Source of the DNA: a virus | Lineage: Duplodnaviria > Caudoviricetes | Direction: 5' to 3' (one strand) | Length of the DNA stretch: 64,000 bases | Virus record (IMG/VR): IMGVR_UViG_2889049205_000001 | Coordinates: 32,001-96,000 of that record | Shown: piece after piece, positions 9,931 to 22,100 of the stretch | How the letters are laid out: every line of letters starts with the position of its first letter | Position numbering within the stretch: position 1 is the stretch's first letter | Program-made: the position numbers and the translations under genes | Notes under the pieces: generated by a model | Databases searched by the model: none | Seen by the model: only the letters and a program-made list of their open reading frames with translations | Told to the model about the DNA's origin: nothing

Positions 9931-12900
9931 TCATCCCCTGATATATGATAAGTGCAGATGATTGAAGTGATCGTTCCGCTGCGTAATCACGGTACCAGGA
10001 TACTTGGTTTTGCACGTTGCAATGACGTCTACATCCCCATGTATGATTCCGCCAAACCCGGTCTCGACTGCACAATCAATCAAGATTTCCAAATTTCTTT
10101 TTTCCTTGCTCCCTTTCGGGAACCGGTATGCTCCGGAGATGTAAGGTGCATTTGGAGTATCGACATCGCACCCGTACCCCGTTCCGTGCCAGTTTGGATC
10201 CCCAGGGCGGTAAGCACTCGTGATGGCCATTGTTTCTCCGGTGCGACTCTTATACAGCGACCCCATGCGTTCAAGCGCATTGTAGGAAGCCTGCCGGATA
10301 AGCGAAGACTCAGAAACCAATGTGAGCCTAATATTGGTCAACGGCTGCGTCTTCAGATCAATTAAGACGCTTTTGGCTTCCGCCGGCTGCACTCGGTATT
10401 TCGTGCTGCCTTGAGTTCCGAGTACCGTGACGCCATCTGCGCTCGAAGCGCTGATCGGCGGCTTGTAGTTCGGGTCCAACATGGCAATCTTCCGCATGAT
10501 TCCGGCTATACCATTCGCCCAGTTTTTGTCTGTGGCATACTTCTTGTTCATGCCGACCAGGGTTGCCCCGCCAAAATACTTTCCGTCCGGCAGAAGATAA
10601 TCCCTCTTGATCTGCTGCGCTGCGAAGTTGATGCAATGCTGCTTGCTATCGAACGTCCAGGCAGACTCATAGGGGCTTGAATCGTAGGCGCCGTATCCAA
10701 ACATGTTGTTTTTGTCCCGGAAGATCCTAGAGTCCCCCCAGCCCGTCTCCCAGGCGGCGTGAGCTGCCAGATATAAGCCGTTGATGACCCCGGCAATCTG
10801 TACCGTCTGACCCGTCTTCGGGTTTCGCACAGGCGGGATAGAAGTCTCTACAGCTACAAACGCTTGTCCTAGACCGGCCAGCGGCGTTCCGGAAAATGCC
10901 TTGTTAATCGCCTCTGCCGAGATTCCGCTCGGCGTGTTCAGATCCATGTTGGCATATCCGGTTCCTGATTGACCCGGAACAGCTACCGGATCGACCGTGT
11001 AGATTGAGTCTCGATTATTTTCCTCGTCGAGTGAATCTACTCGTTTCAGGTAGGCTTCCTGCGCTTCGATAACCTCTTGCTCATATCTTGCTTTGAACTT
11101 CTCATCGTAAGGCACTACACGACGGTGAGCTTGAATGAAGTTGGCCACAACTACATTGGGGTCATACGGCAGATTATCCGTACTCGTTTCTCCTGCAGTC
11201 TGCACCTTCGGAATGTCAAACGCATCGGTCGCCTGCTGATTGGCAGCGTACTTGGAGACGTCTGCCCCCAGGAACGAGAAGAATACCGATTGCCACTTGC
11301 CAGTGAATATACGCTGGATCAAGTCGGGCGAGTCCGTGATAACCGAGCCTTTGTGACCATTGATGCCGGCCGAGAACTCATATCCGTCCTTCTGCAGCGT
11401 CGCAATCATGCAAGCTTGCCTCGTAAAGAGGAATCGTTCCAAATACTCCGCCACGCCCGCCAAGGCCACCTCTGTGACCAGTGTTTCAATCAGCACCGGA
11501 ATGATGCCGACTCCCGTCGCAGACACAGCTCCTCGGACCGCCCAGCGACCTGCCCGCAAGCTTTTTCCGGCGATCTTTGCACCAGTGAAAGCTAGCTTTG
11601 ACGTAATGCGACGCATCTTCGCTATTTTAGTTATATTGATTTTATCATAACCCAGAATACGGTTATCACTCAAAATGTCGTCAGCCTTGTCAAAGAGATC
11701 TTCCATCTTTGAGAGCTCGAGATTGTCCAATGTCTTGATGATATCGTCCAATAGCCCACTGGCTTTCCATTTCTTTCTCGTTTCTTCCGAGATGGGATTA
11801 TATTCCCGCCACTTGCCCGTAACCTCGTCATATTCCCATATGTTCGTGCCGGCAGCCGGCTTCGGATTTACATTGAGCATTTCTTTCAGCTTATCAATGC
11901 CCTTGTCGATTTTGAATGTCTGCGTCATTTTCTTGTATTGCCGTTTGATCAAGCCCCATGCCGCATTCATGATCGGGAATGCACCCTTGTAATTCGGGTT
12001 CGCCAGAATCCCACGGAGCACCAGTGTCATGGTGAGTGCCGTGCCGATCGAGTAGCAGCTGTGCATGAAGTTCATTTGAGTCTGGTCGGAATTGACGACT
12101 ACCGCATCCGGCTTGACCATCGTTATAAAACCGAACTCCATGTTCATCATCTGCGTGACTTCCCGCACCTCTGCCGGGCCTGTGATGCTGTTCCAAGTGT
12201 CATTGATTAGCATTTGGTCGAACGGCTTGACGGCCGGTTCTCCTACGAGAGTCAGGTATCCGTCGTACATCTCTTTGACATGATCTTTGAGTCCGCTCGC
12301 TGCGATCTTAATCGCAACGCCCTCATCGTAATACCATTTAAACGGCTTGTTCAGCCATCCACCGATGAGCGGAATGTTTTGGACCAGCCGGATGCCCTGG
12401 GCGTTCAGAGTCGTGTCCAGGTTCACCGTGCGCAGCTTCTCCGGCCAGATGTTTGTATCCACGTAGATCGGCTCCGTCGTGTCCAGCTTTCCCTCGTTGT
12501 AATACGTGCCGATCGCTACGTTGTACATGTTCTGCTCGGTGGCCGTGATGCTGTTATCCATGATGTTGGTCCAGCTATCAAAGACGTGGAACTGACGGAA
12601 TGTCTTTCGGTACAGCGAGATGTTGTCATCCTCGTCCACATGATACCCAAAGGCAATCGGCATGGTTGGCTTACCGCTGAATATTGTGCTTCTGAAATCG
12701 AACGGATGCACAGCCACAACATGATCTTGCCCGATTGCTGCCGTGATGTTCAGGACGTCCCACACCGTCTTGTCATACAAGTTAATGTTGATGCCAGGCT
12801 CGTCAGCATCCCCTACCCCAAAGAAGTCTCCCATCCGGCTCCAGAACCCGACCTCCGAATTGAGTTTGCCTGTCACCTCGTAGACATTCATGTTGATCTC

Positions 12901-15900
12901 GTTCATGATCCGGCTGGTTAACTCGCCGAACAGATTATCTGCCGGCCGCCCCGGAGCTCCGAAGTGGATGATTCCGAGCGAGTGCTTGGCGTAATCGGCG
13001 TTGCTGAAAGCCTGCTTTAGGTTTCCGAAGAAGCCCTGGTCATCCCGCAGCAATGCATCGACAATCTCCGTAGGCTCTTTCTTGCTGAAGATAAAACCGC
13101 TCGTTGTGTCATCCGGATTGGCTTTGATTTTGTTGGTCAGTTCGATGCCATCGTCTTGCACGACCACGGACACGCTTTCGCCGTTGTTCTGCAATTCTGT
13201 AATGGTGCCATTCATCAGCGTCGGCATGCTCATCGGATTCGATCCATACCCCATACGGAAGTGGACCCTGGCGCCAGTGCGGAGCATAATTGACTTGTAG
13301 AAGCTGGCATCTCGATTGCGGCTGCGCTCTGCCTCTTTAGCGGCGAAGCCCGGTGCGAGCAGCGATTGAACCAGATCCCATGCGCCATGATGTGTTAGAT
13401 CCATCGCCTTGACGCCATCAGATAGGCTGCCGTACACGTTGCTCATTTCGAGGGATAAGGTGCTTGAGGCCACCTTCCGGCTGTTCGTATACATGATGTC
13501 CGTAACAGCCTGATACCCAAAGTAACGGTCTGACATTTTGATCGTGCCCATGTATTGCCCTTCATCGACGAACATTAGGAAGAAAGACGGAAACGCCCGC
13601 ACAAGACGGCCACGTCGGTCGTATTTCTCCAGATCATGGAACATCTCACGCAGCGTCGTTTCCTCATCCTCAAAATCGGATTCTTCATGAACCGAGTCCG
13701 ATTTGGCATAGACGGTCGCATTCTGCAGGCTGGCTGTTTTGTAATCCGGCACCGGCAGCTCACTGACTTTCTTTTGAATGGTTGCCTCATCCCATTCTTT
13801 CGTTTGGCCGATGATCGTCAGCATCTTCTTGATTTGGACGACTAGTGCATAGGAGAGCTTCTTGTTGGATTTGTACAGCCGGCCATACTCTGTCTCAAAG
13901 CCAAGGTACAGGCAGACAGCAGCGGCAAAATAGCATCTCTCCGTATCCGTCGCCTTATCGGCGTTTAAGCCGAATGCATCGTAAACATACGAGCTGATCA
14001 TGTTCGAGGTCTTCACCTTGTTGAAATAATACTGTAGGTGTGCGACACCCGTCTCGATGTTGTACTCGTAGTTCATGCCAAGCGAATTCGGCTCCCCCAT
14101 GATAGGACTAACCCGCATAATGCCAATATGCGCCGCTTCCCGGATAAAGCTGGTATCGGCAAAGAACTTCATCTCTGCAGTCTGCATAATTGGCACGTTC
14201 GATTTCTCCACATAAACGTTGCCGAGCGACGTATTGGCGCCGTATCCTGTCGCATAGAAGTGACGAAGCTTTTCGTCAAAGGATTTTGCAAAGGCCACGG
14301 CCCATGATTGCTTAATGACATTCGTCTGCGGGTTCGGATTCAATGGGGTCTGCTGCTGAGCAACGGCAGCAGTAAGATCCTTCATTTTCTGAAAGGTCTT
14401 CTGCCGGATCAAGGACTCGAACTCCGTTGCCGTCAGATTGGTTTCATTCGTTTCTTCCGGTGCCTCCTGAGCAACGCTTGGCTTTTTGCTCGCCGCTCGC
14501 TCGGTCTGCAGCTTGGCCGTATAATCTTTCGATTTCTCATCCGGCTTGAAACTGGCTTTGTCAACCACTGCCGTGCCGCCTATTGTGTCCCTGGCTTCCG
14601 ATTTGAAGGCGCTGTTTAGGTGATCCACCGCCTCCTGACCCACCGTCACAAAGTCATCATAGATCAGGAAGAAATCCGGCTCGACGTAAAACCCATCGTT
14701 GTTGTTAATGATCTGAAAGCCCGCTTCAGCCACTTCCGTGTAGGTTGGTAACTCCAAATCCGGATAGATTTCCACCGCTGTGAAGTTCTTCTTGATCTTG
14801 GCCTCATACAAGACTTTTTGCTTCACGTCGAGATCCATGTACCCTTTGACAGCAAGATCTCTGAATACCGGTCGATCCTTCAGCCAGGATGCCCATCCGA
14901 AGAAAGGGATCAGCAGTTTGGCGTTTGAGTTTCGCCATCCATCGATCTCCCATACCGCATCGTCCCCGTTCATCAGCCTTGTTTCAGCCAGCTTCTTCTG
15001 CGCCCGGTTAAAAGCGATCAGCGTGAGCTGGATATCAAATACGCCTGGCTGCCCCTCGACTGTCGTGGATTGTACGTCTTGGACGACCACGAATTTGACA
15101 CCAAAGAGGTTGGCCAGCGGATGATCAAACTGGATGAAACCGTTAGAGATTTCCTTGTGGTATTCCCGCACCAGATAGTTTGCTCGGCGAACCATGCCAT
15201 CGAACTGCGCCAGTGTTTCCGAGTCATCCGTGCGGAAGCGGGCCACGATCACCGTATCTTGGGATCCCAAGTATTGATGTGTCGGTGTTTCATGCGCCTG
15301 GATCTGCAGCGACGTGATGACGTTCTGGAAGCTTATGCTGAGATCTGTCAGATGCAGATCATCAAACATCCAGTCTTCCATCGTAATGTCATACTCGAAG
15401 ATGGCTTTTTTGTAATGCTCGTCGAAGTTTTGGTTAAACAGATCCTCGTCGAGCTCATCGAACGGAAGTGTCTCTCCATCGAAATCCTCGATGTCCACGT
15501 ATTTCTTATCGGCCATGTCGTCCTGCCATGCCTTTATCATTTTATCCCGGTCCACCCGCCAGCGGCGGATCGCATCAAGGTCGCCCTCAAAGGCTGTCTT
15601 AAACTTGAACTGATCCGTCATCTCCTGGCGCATGGGTTCGAAATACGTATAACGTCCTTCGCTCGGCTCCAGGCTTCGACGATAGTACCAGCGGAATAAC
15701 GGCCAGTTGAAAAGATCGTCAAAGGTGCGGTCATTCTCGTTGAAAATGTAGACGAATGGATTAAATGAATAGAGCTGCAGATTTGCCGTAATCGCCTGCG
15801 GAAATCCTGGCACTGTGGAAACTGTGATTCCGGCAACGCTCACTGCCTGAATATCGTAGACGTCATTCAGGTGCATACTTTGGACCGGAAGAAATGGGCA

Positions 15901-16182
15901 CTTTTTGACCTGGGCCAGTAGCGGCCGCAACTCATTGTTGATTGACTCCATATCCGGGAAAAACAGCGACAAATCGACCACGAGATCGAAATAGCCGCTG
16001 CCCTTAATAAAACTGCCCCGGCTCCGGAGCATATTAACTGTTTCATTTTTCATACGCTTGGTGACGGTGATGGCCGTGGGAGGCACGTAAAACTGCGTAT
16101 CGCCAATGCGCAAATGATGAGGGAGAAGACTCCCATAGAGGGAGTCCCGATCATCTATTCCTTTTGAGGCCATATATAACAC
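9931..16182 (-). CDS. Baseplate hub/tail-associated lysin (GH73 glucosaminidase + M15-like peptidase, degenerate SLT-like domain)
   Basis: 2083 aa. GH73: LAAHAAWETGWG...KNNMFGYGAYD...YATD..WA. M15: ITSAYR...H..G...D...H..HLH. Hub-like RMGYG...G.ITE segment. Confidence 0.8.
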   Translation of the reverse strand: MLYMASKGIDDRDSLYGSLLPHHLRIGDTQFYVPPTAITVTKRMKNETVNMLRSRGSFIKGSGYFDLVVDLSLFFPDMESINNELRPLLAQVKKCPFLPVQSMHLNDVYDIQAVSVAGITVSTVPGFPQAITANLQLYSFNPFVYIFNENDRTFDDLFNWPLFRWYYRRSLEPSEGRYTYFEPMRQEMTDQFKFKTAFEGDLDAIRRWRVDRDKMIKAWQDDMADKKYVDIEDFDGETLPFDELDEDLFNQNFDEHYKKAIFEYDITMEDWMFDDLHLTDLSISFQNVITSLQIQAHETPTHQYLGSQDTVIVARFRTDDSETLAQFDGMVRRANYLVREYHKEISNGFIQFDHPLANLFGVKFVVVQDVQSTTVEGQPGVFDIQLTLIAFNRAQKKLAETRLMNGDDAVWEIDGWRNSNAKLLIPFFGWASWLKDRPVFRDLAVKGYMDLDVKQKVLYEAKIKKNFTAVEIYPDLELPTYTEVAEAGFQIINNNDGFYVEPDFFLIYDDFVTVGQEAVDHLNSAFKSEARDTIGGTAVVDKASFKPDEKSKDYTAKLQTERAASKKPSVAQEAPEETNETNLTATEFESLIRQKTFQKMKDLTAAVAQQQTPLNPNPQTNVIKQSWAVAFAKSFDEKLRHFYATGYGANTSLGNVYVEKSNVPIMQTAEMKFFADTSFIREAAHIGIMRVSPIMGEPNSLGMNYEYNIETGVAHLQYYFNKVKTSNMISSYVYDAFGLNADKATDTERCYFAAAVCLYLGFETEYGRLYKSNKKLSYALVVQIKKMLTIIGQTKEWDEATIQKKVSELPVPDYKTASLQNATVYAKSDSVHEESDFEDEETTLREMFHDLEKYDRRGRLVRAFPSFFLMFVDEGQYMGTIKMSDRYFGYQAVTDIMYTNSRKVASSTLSLEMSNVYGSLSDGVKAMDLTHHGAWDLVQSLLAPGFAAKEAERSRNRDASFYKSIMLRTGARVHFRMGYGSNPMSMPTLMNGTITELQNNGESVSVVVQDDGIELTNKIKANPDDTTSGFIFSKKEPTEIVDALLRDDQGFFGNLKQAFSNADYAKHSLGIIHFGAPGRPADNLFGELTSRIMNEINMNVYEVTGKLNSEVGFWSRMGDFFGVGDADEPGININLYDKTVWDVLNITAAIGQDHVVAVHPFDFRSTIFSGKPTMPIAFGYHVDEDDNISLYRKTFRQFHVFDSWTNIMDNSITATEQNMYNVAIGTYYNEGKLDTTEPIYVDTNIWPEKLRTVNLDTTLNAQGIRLVQNIPLIGGWLNKPFKWYYDEGVAIKIAASGLKDHVKEMYDGYLTLVGEPAVKPFDQMLINDTWNSITGPAEVREVTQMMNMEFGFITMVKPDAVVVNSDQTQMNFMHSCYSIGTALTMTLVLRGILANPNYKGAFPIMNAAWGLIKRQYKKMTQTFKIDKGIDKLKEMLNVNPKPAAGTNIWEYDEVTGKWREYNPISEETRKKWKASGLLDDIIKTLDNLELSKMEDLFDKADDILSDNRILGYDKINITKIAKMRRITSKLAFTGAKIAGKSLRAGRWAVRGAVSATGVGIIPVLIETLVTEVALAGVAEYLERFLFTRQACMIATLQKDGYEFSAGINGHKGSVITDSPDLIQRIFTGKWQSVFFSFLGADVSKYAANQQATDAFDIPKVQTAGETSTDNLPYDPNVVVANFIQAHRRVVPYDEKFKARYEQEVIEAQEAYLKRVDSLDEENNRDSIYTVDPVAVPGQSGTGYANMDLNTPSGISAEAINKAFSGTPLAGLGQAFVAVETSIPPVRNPKTGQTVQIAGVINGLYLAAHAAWETGWGDSRIFRDKNNMFGYGAYDSSPYESAWTFDSKQHCINFAAQQIKRDYLLPDGKYFGGATLVGMNKKYATDKNWANGIAGIMRKIAMLDPNYKPPISASSADGVTVLGTQGSTKYRVQPAEAKSVLIDLKTQPLTNIRLTLVSESSLIRQASYNALERMGSLYKSRTGETMAITSAYRPGDPNWHGTGYGCDVDTPNAPYISGAYRFPKGSKEKRNLEILIDCAVETGFGGIIHGDVDVIATCKTKYPGTVITQRNDHFNHLHLSYIRG

Positions 16183-16185
16183 CCC

Positions 16186-19100
16186 TTACATGTGCTGCTC
16201 AACTTTATCCCGGTACCAGAGCCTCGAAAGGTTATTGGTGTTATCGGAATAGTTTACGGTCATGTTGGACTGACCTTGATATCCGCTCCGGCGCATCCCT
16301 TCTTGAACTAGGGATGACAGCCCTTGTTGCTGGTTTCCTTGCCCTCTAGCGCTAATCGAGACGTGCGCTCCGGAGCTGGGACCGCCGATCGGCGGTAAAG
16401 GTGATTGCGGCACTGGCGCTGCCTGTGGCGGCGGAGGCGGTGGAACCGGCCCAGTGTCATTACTAAGAATATTGTAACCCATTACACCACCTAAAGCTAG
16501 ACCGCCAAGCAAGGCAATTTTCTTGTTTCTTGAACCATTCGGTCCATTGAAGATGTTCTCTGGGATCCAACCGCCGGTCAGGTCGTGCATCATCTCCGGA
16601 ATAGCGCCAGCACGCTTCCCTCGAGCTTCGGATCCCATTACATTCGTTGGGTCCAGTTCGGGTTCGACATTTGGGATAGTCGGATCAATATCAGGCTCCG
16701 GAGCGGCGCCTACACCTCTTTTCATCCTGCCGAACATCCGTGTGAACTCATTAGAGGAAACCCGGTCGCCCTCTTCAAGATTACCGAAAATGGTGTCATG
16801 CACTCTTCGAAGACCTTCATTCTCCACATTAATTCCGGAGCTAGTACCAACACGGAAGCCGGAGTTGGCCAGATTGCCATTCAGGTTACGTGGCTTATCC
16901 AGTAGTCCTATCGCTTCATCGAGCCCGTGTTCTCTGGACCACATGCCGCCATAGCTCTCTTGATCGATCCGGCGCACCTTATTCCAGTCTGAAGCCAGGA
17001 AAGCGGATCGGAACTCGGACACCGGAGACTTCATATCTTCCGTGATCACTACACCGTCCTTTGCGGCGTCGATACCCTTCTGCTCCAAGGTGCTCCCGAA
17101 TTTCGAAAGGAACTTGTACTCATTCGATCCTGTTCCATACGTATGCTCAGCAAAATCTTGGATGGCCGAGTTTAAGTTTGAGATCGTACCGATCTGCGTC
17201 TTACCGATTTTGTTAGCCATTTCATTCGGCAAGTTCGGCTCCATCGGACGGATGACGGTTGTGTCCTGACCACTATACGATTTCACCGCTTCCCGCAGGT
17301 CATAATTCCGGCCGGATGTAGAGAGCTTCTTATTCCCCTCTTGCGTCAAGTAATCTCCCCAGCTGCTGTATCCGCCCATAAACTCGGCAGCCCGCTTATC
17401 TTTCAGAGCAGCCCATTCTTTCTGCACGTTGTCTTCGTCCACGTAAACCATGTGTAACTGGTCTCCGTCGGCATCCCCTTCGAGCTGGTCGCCCGTAAAG
17501 GCTGTCGTCAGCACGTTACCTGTCTTCAGCTTAGGATCGATAGCGATCCGTGTGAACTGGACGGCCGATTCGTGTTTGGATGGGTAACGGATCGTGAGCA
17601 CGTTCTTGTTCTGCTGCCGGTTCCAATCGGAGAGAATATCACTCTCTGCCGCTGTGCCAACATGCTGCTGGCCGATGATGTGCTCGTAGATGCCCATGTC
17701 CTTAGCCTGCTGCGTGGAGATGAACGTCATTTCTTCGCCGAGCATCGCCGAAGCTTCCGGACCCAGGAGCTTTAATGTGCCTGTACCCGATGACGGCATT
17801 TGCGCCTTCAGAGCTCTCTCTCCGGCCATCCCTTTAGAAGTCAGCGTGTCGGTGCCGAGTTGATTCACGTAGCTGTTGACGTTCCGCTGGATGTCTCGCA
17901 TATGCTTCAAGGCGCTGTCACGGCCGGTCTTGGATTTCGCTTCGCCATATTTCTTTATGCTGTCATTAATATTGGCGATCTGCCGCTGCAGCTTATTCAG
18001 GTGGACCAGGTCGCTCTGCCCGTCTCCCTGTAACTGCATGAACGGCACGAAAATCTTGTTGGTTTTGACTGCCGGGCTGTTCTTTCCGTTGATGTTGATA
18101 TCGACTTCTTCCGGAAGCCCCAGCCAGAATCCGTGTCCCAAATCCCGTTGATCTATACCAAGATTGTGGGCAACTGCCTGACGATCCATGATCGTATGTT
18201 TGACCGTGTTCTGGTCGAGCTCCACTTCTGGCATAAATGCGAACTCATGACCTTGAAGAATGCGGTCCTTATAGGGCTGCATTTCCGGAGCATCCGGATC
18301 TACTAGCGCTTTGATGGTGTGCGCCAAATTCTTAACGTCGCTCTGCTCAAAACGATTCTGCTTCTCCATTACGTTCCAGATATGCTCATAAGTCTGTGTG
18401 GCTCCCGATCTGCGAAGGTACCGCATCTCACGATGACCAATCGAAGTGCCATCTAAACCGTTTGCGTAAACTTTTGAGCCATCATTTGCGTTGCCGATTA
18501 CCGACCGTCCTGTTCCATCAACCGACTTGTAATACTGCCGATTGTGCATCATGCGGGTTTCCAGAATACCCGTGAATAATCCGGTGTTGGTTTGTAGCTT
18601 AGCGCCGACTTGATTGGCAATCTTGTGGAAGTCCTCAATATCAATCGGCGCCTGTCTGCTCACATCCATGAATGAACCGTTCTTGAACTCCAAGCCAATG
18701 CGGCCGAAGTCTATTTGCTCCAGCAGCTGATCCCGCTTCTTCCGATCCTGGTTCATGACATGATCGATAATCGTCTTGGCGTAGCCTTCCATCATCATCC
18801 CAAAGTCAGCACGCTTAGCTGGGTTCGGACTGATCATAGCACTGATCCCTTTGTCGCCCGTGATAGCTTCGATGAACCGAAGGCTTGGTGTAATAGCATC
18901 TGTCCCCTTCTCACCGGCAAATGAGAGCTTGAATGGTTTCTCCGACCACTCTACGCCAAATACCTGCGATCCGGTCCCCACAAGTTTGCCTGCATATCGG
19001 TTGTCGTGGCGAACATCTTCCCAAGCGCCATCGACCCATTTGCGCCCAATTACATCACCCGGCCTAACAGCCGCACCTTCGAGCCCCTGGCCACCGACAA

Positions 19101-22100
19101 CAAAATCGCTCCCCCTCGCTGCGGCACCATTGCTAGCGAAGTCTTTGTGCCACTGAAATGTTCCGTTTCCCTTATCATAGAAGTCCTGGTCCGTAACTGA
19201 CATTGAATCCATGAGTTCCTTAGCGATGACTGCTTGCTGCTCATAAACAGTCGGTATCCGGCGTGGATCGACCACTTCCTTGCCGCCTCGGTTTACGAGG
19301 ATGCCTTCTGACCGAAGCAGCCCACGGCCCTGTTCTGTATTCTGTAGATCCGTCACCCGTTTGTGAAGCTCCTCGTTAGTGATGTAGGCTACCTTGAGGT
19401 TTACTCCGGTCCGGGTCGGTCTTCCTTTTCCCTCTTGTTCTGATCGGTAGGCGGCGTTTATCTCTGTCTCGACCATTGGATTGAAGTTGGCGTAAGCGTC
19501 AATCTTCGAGAGACGGCCAGCCACCTCATCAGAGATCATGTACATATTTTGGGACTGAATAGCATTCGGCCGCCCCATGTTAGTGTAATGTCCGTACAGC
19601 GTCATGTCCCGCATGTCCATGGTGGACATTGAGCCCTGTTGAACTCGTCCGTCTTTTACTGACGATACGTACAGGTTGGGGGTGCCCCCATCCCAGCGAA
19701 CTCGGTTGTTCCAATCGCTCATGCCCATTCGTATCTGAAATTGCTTGCTCATGTTTACGTCATCGATCGTCAGGAGCTGCTTCACCTTGCGACTGCGATC
19801 CTTCGAGTCGTAATAGAAAGCAGAATCGTTCAGGTCCCCTTCGGACAACTCTTTGGATTCCAGCATGCTGTGCAACATGGCCGGCATGACGTTGATGTGC
19901 GATTGCTTCATGAAGTCGGATTTGTTGCCTGACCAATCGTAGGTGTCGTTGAAATTATAGATATCTCGCTGCCCGCCAGCCAGGTTTGAGATTGAATCTC
20001 GTAATGTCCGATTGCTCCGGTAGGACGCCTTTTCGTAATCATCTTCGTCCAGCGCTGACAAGATGCCGTCCATACCATGGGCGTATCGCATGCCAATGAT
20101 TTCGGCTGTGGACTTACGAACAGCAGAACCTTTGCCGTCCTGCTCCTTTTCCCATACCGCCACCGTGTGAGCGATCATCCGCTGCTTATTGAGCACCTGC
20201 ATACCATCCTGGTTGATCAGTGGGATCAAAATCTCAACAGCCCTCGGGTGTGTCTTTCCTTCGAGCAGCGCTTCTCGGACGCTTGTGCTGTATTGCGGCT
20301 TGTATACTGTGATCTTCGCCATAGGCGAGTTAATATCTTGATTTACGCTGAGGTCGTACATGATGTTGCGGCCGGAGTTATTCAGTGACTGCAGTACGCT
20401 CTCGACGGCGCCTCGGTTGTTTGCCTTTAGCCCCGACAGGTGATTTGTTTCCAAGGACTCGAAGAACATTTCGGCGTCCGCATGCAGATTAACTTTGCCA
20501 CCCATCGTAAAGGCCTGGCCTTGATAGCTCAGGGTTTTGCGAATCGCCTCTCCTACGATGCTTTGGTTTCTTGCCCCGGTGATTCTCGACATATCACGAG
20601 CTTCAAGCGATGTTGTTTCCGGCGACTCCAGCGGAATGTTCTTGCTGTGCAGGTCCATAGCGATGCGAACCACGGTATCATTGATTTGGCCATTGCTTTG
20701 TGCAATAATGCCGTACCGCTTCTGAAGCTCGGAACCAATTAGGCCATTTTCATGCAGTCCATTTATGAACTGTGTCATCCGGTGCTGCTGTGTCAGCGGG
20801 TTATTGGAATCGTCCTGCTGAATATATCTGCGGATCGCACGTTCTGTTTGCTGCACGGACTGCATGCTGAAGAATCGCTCATCCCCATCTACATTTAAAC
20901 GGAATCCTCGATTCTCCCATGATGCCATCTCACGAGCGCCTACGTGCCGGCCTGCAGCATCATCTCGGCTTACCCCTTGTGTGTACAGGCGCCATGCAAT
21001 ATCTCGCTGCTGCCGAGCAGCTGCTCGCTCTGATGACGTCATGCTGTCCAGGATCGGAATCTGTTGTTCAATAGTGCGGATCGCCTCCTGGAACACAGGC
21101 CGCTCGCTGCGCAGACGAGGCGCCATCCGGTAGAACAGCTTCTCTTCGTCAATATTGTGGCCCCACTGCAGCTGGCCGTTAGCAAAGCCCACCGGCTTAC
21201 TGTTGAAGTCGAGCATGCTGCGATAACTATCGTTGCTGCGGTACGGCTCGACCTCTGCTCGGATCTGAGCCTCATACTTAGAGTAGAGGCTATTCAATAC
21301 GTTAGGATCTGTAGATCCCATAGAGCTGTATTCGGCGAGCGCAAGCGCTTGTGCTTTGGCTGCGATATTCTTCTGCTTGGCGCCCAGACGCTTTTCGTAA
21401 TGCTCCGTGTTCTCGTACATCCGCTTGGCAGCATCGAATCCAGCAGTACGACTCTCGCCGCCGGCACCTGATAAACTGGACATCCGTTCGTATCTGCGGC
21501 GAGCAAGGTCGGTTTCTCGGATCCGTCGGATTTCTGCCTGCTCGTCCTTGCTCATGCCGTTTACGTTATGGAAGCGGCTTTGCACGAACTGGGCAATCTG
21601 ATGCATGGAGTTCGGGCCCTGCCGGGTCACGTAACTGTATCGGTCATTATCGGAATCGAAGAGTTCCAGCACATGGCCATTTATTACGCCCTTATCATCT
21701 GTCAGCTCACGGACGCCATTGACGGTGTACAAAGTGCGAGCATTGATGACCGTGCGATTCCAGGAGACATCGTGCATCGCCATCTTGCCATCTTCAAGCC
21801 TGGCTTGAAAATCGAGATTGTCATCTCCGTAGGCTGCGTAACCGTTTGAGGCGAACAGCTTATCGCCTTTCTTGAGCACTTCTTTCTTGTTCCAAGTGAA
21901 TTCGGATGGCCGGATATTCATGCCTTCCATGGCACCACGGTTTTTGGCCGCATTGATTTTGTTATGAACCTTTGGCAGCGTTTTGTTGATTACTCCACCG
22001 AGACCCCGCTCATCAACGTCGGCGATCGCCGCATGCGCATCATCGCCGTCAATCCCCAGTGTTCGTCTAACCTCATGCATGGACAGGTAGCCCTGCTGGA

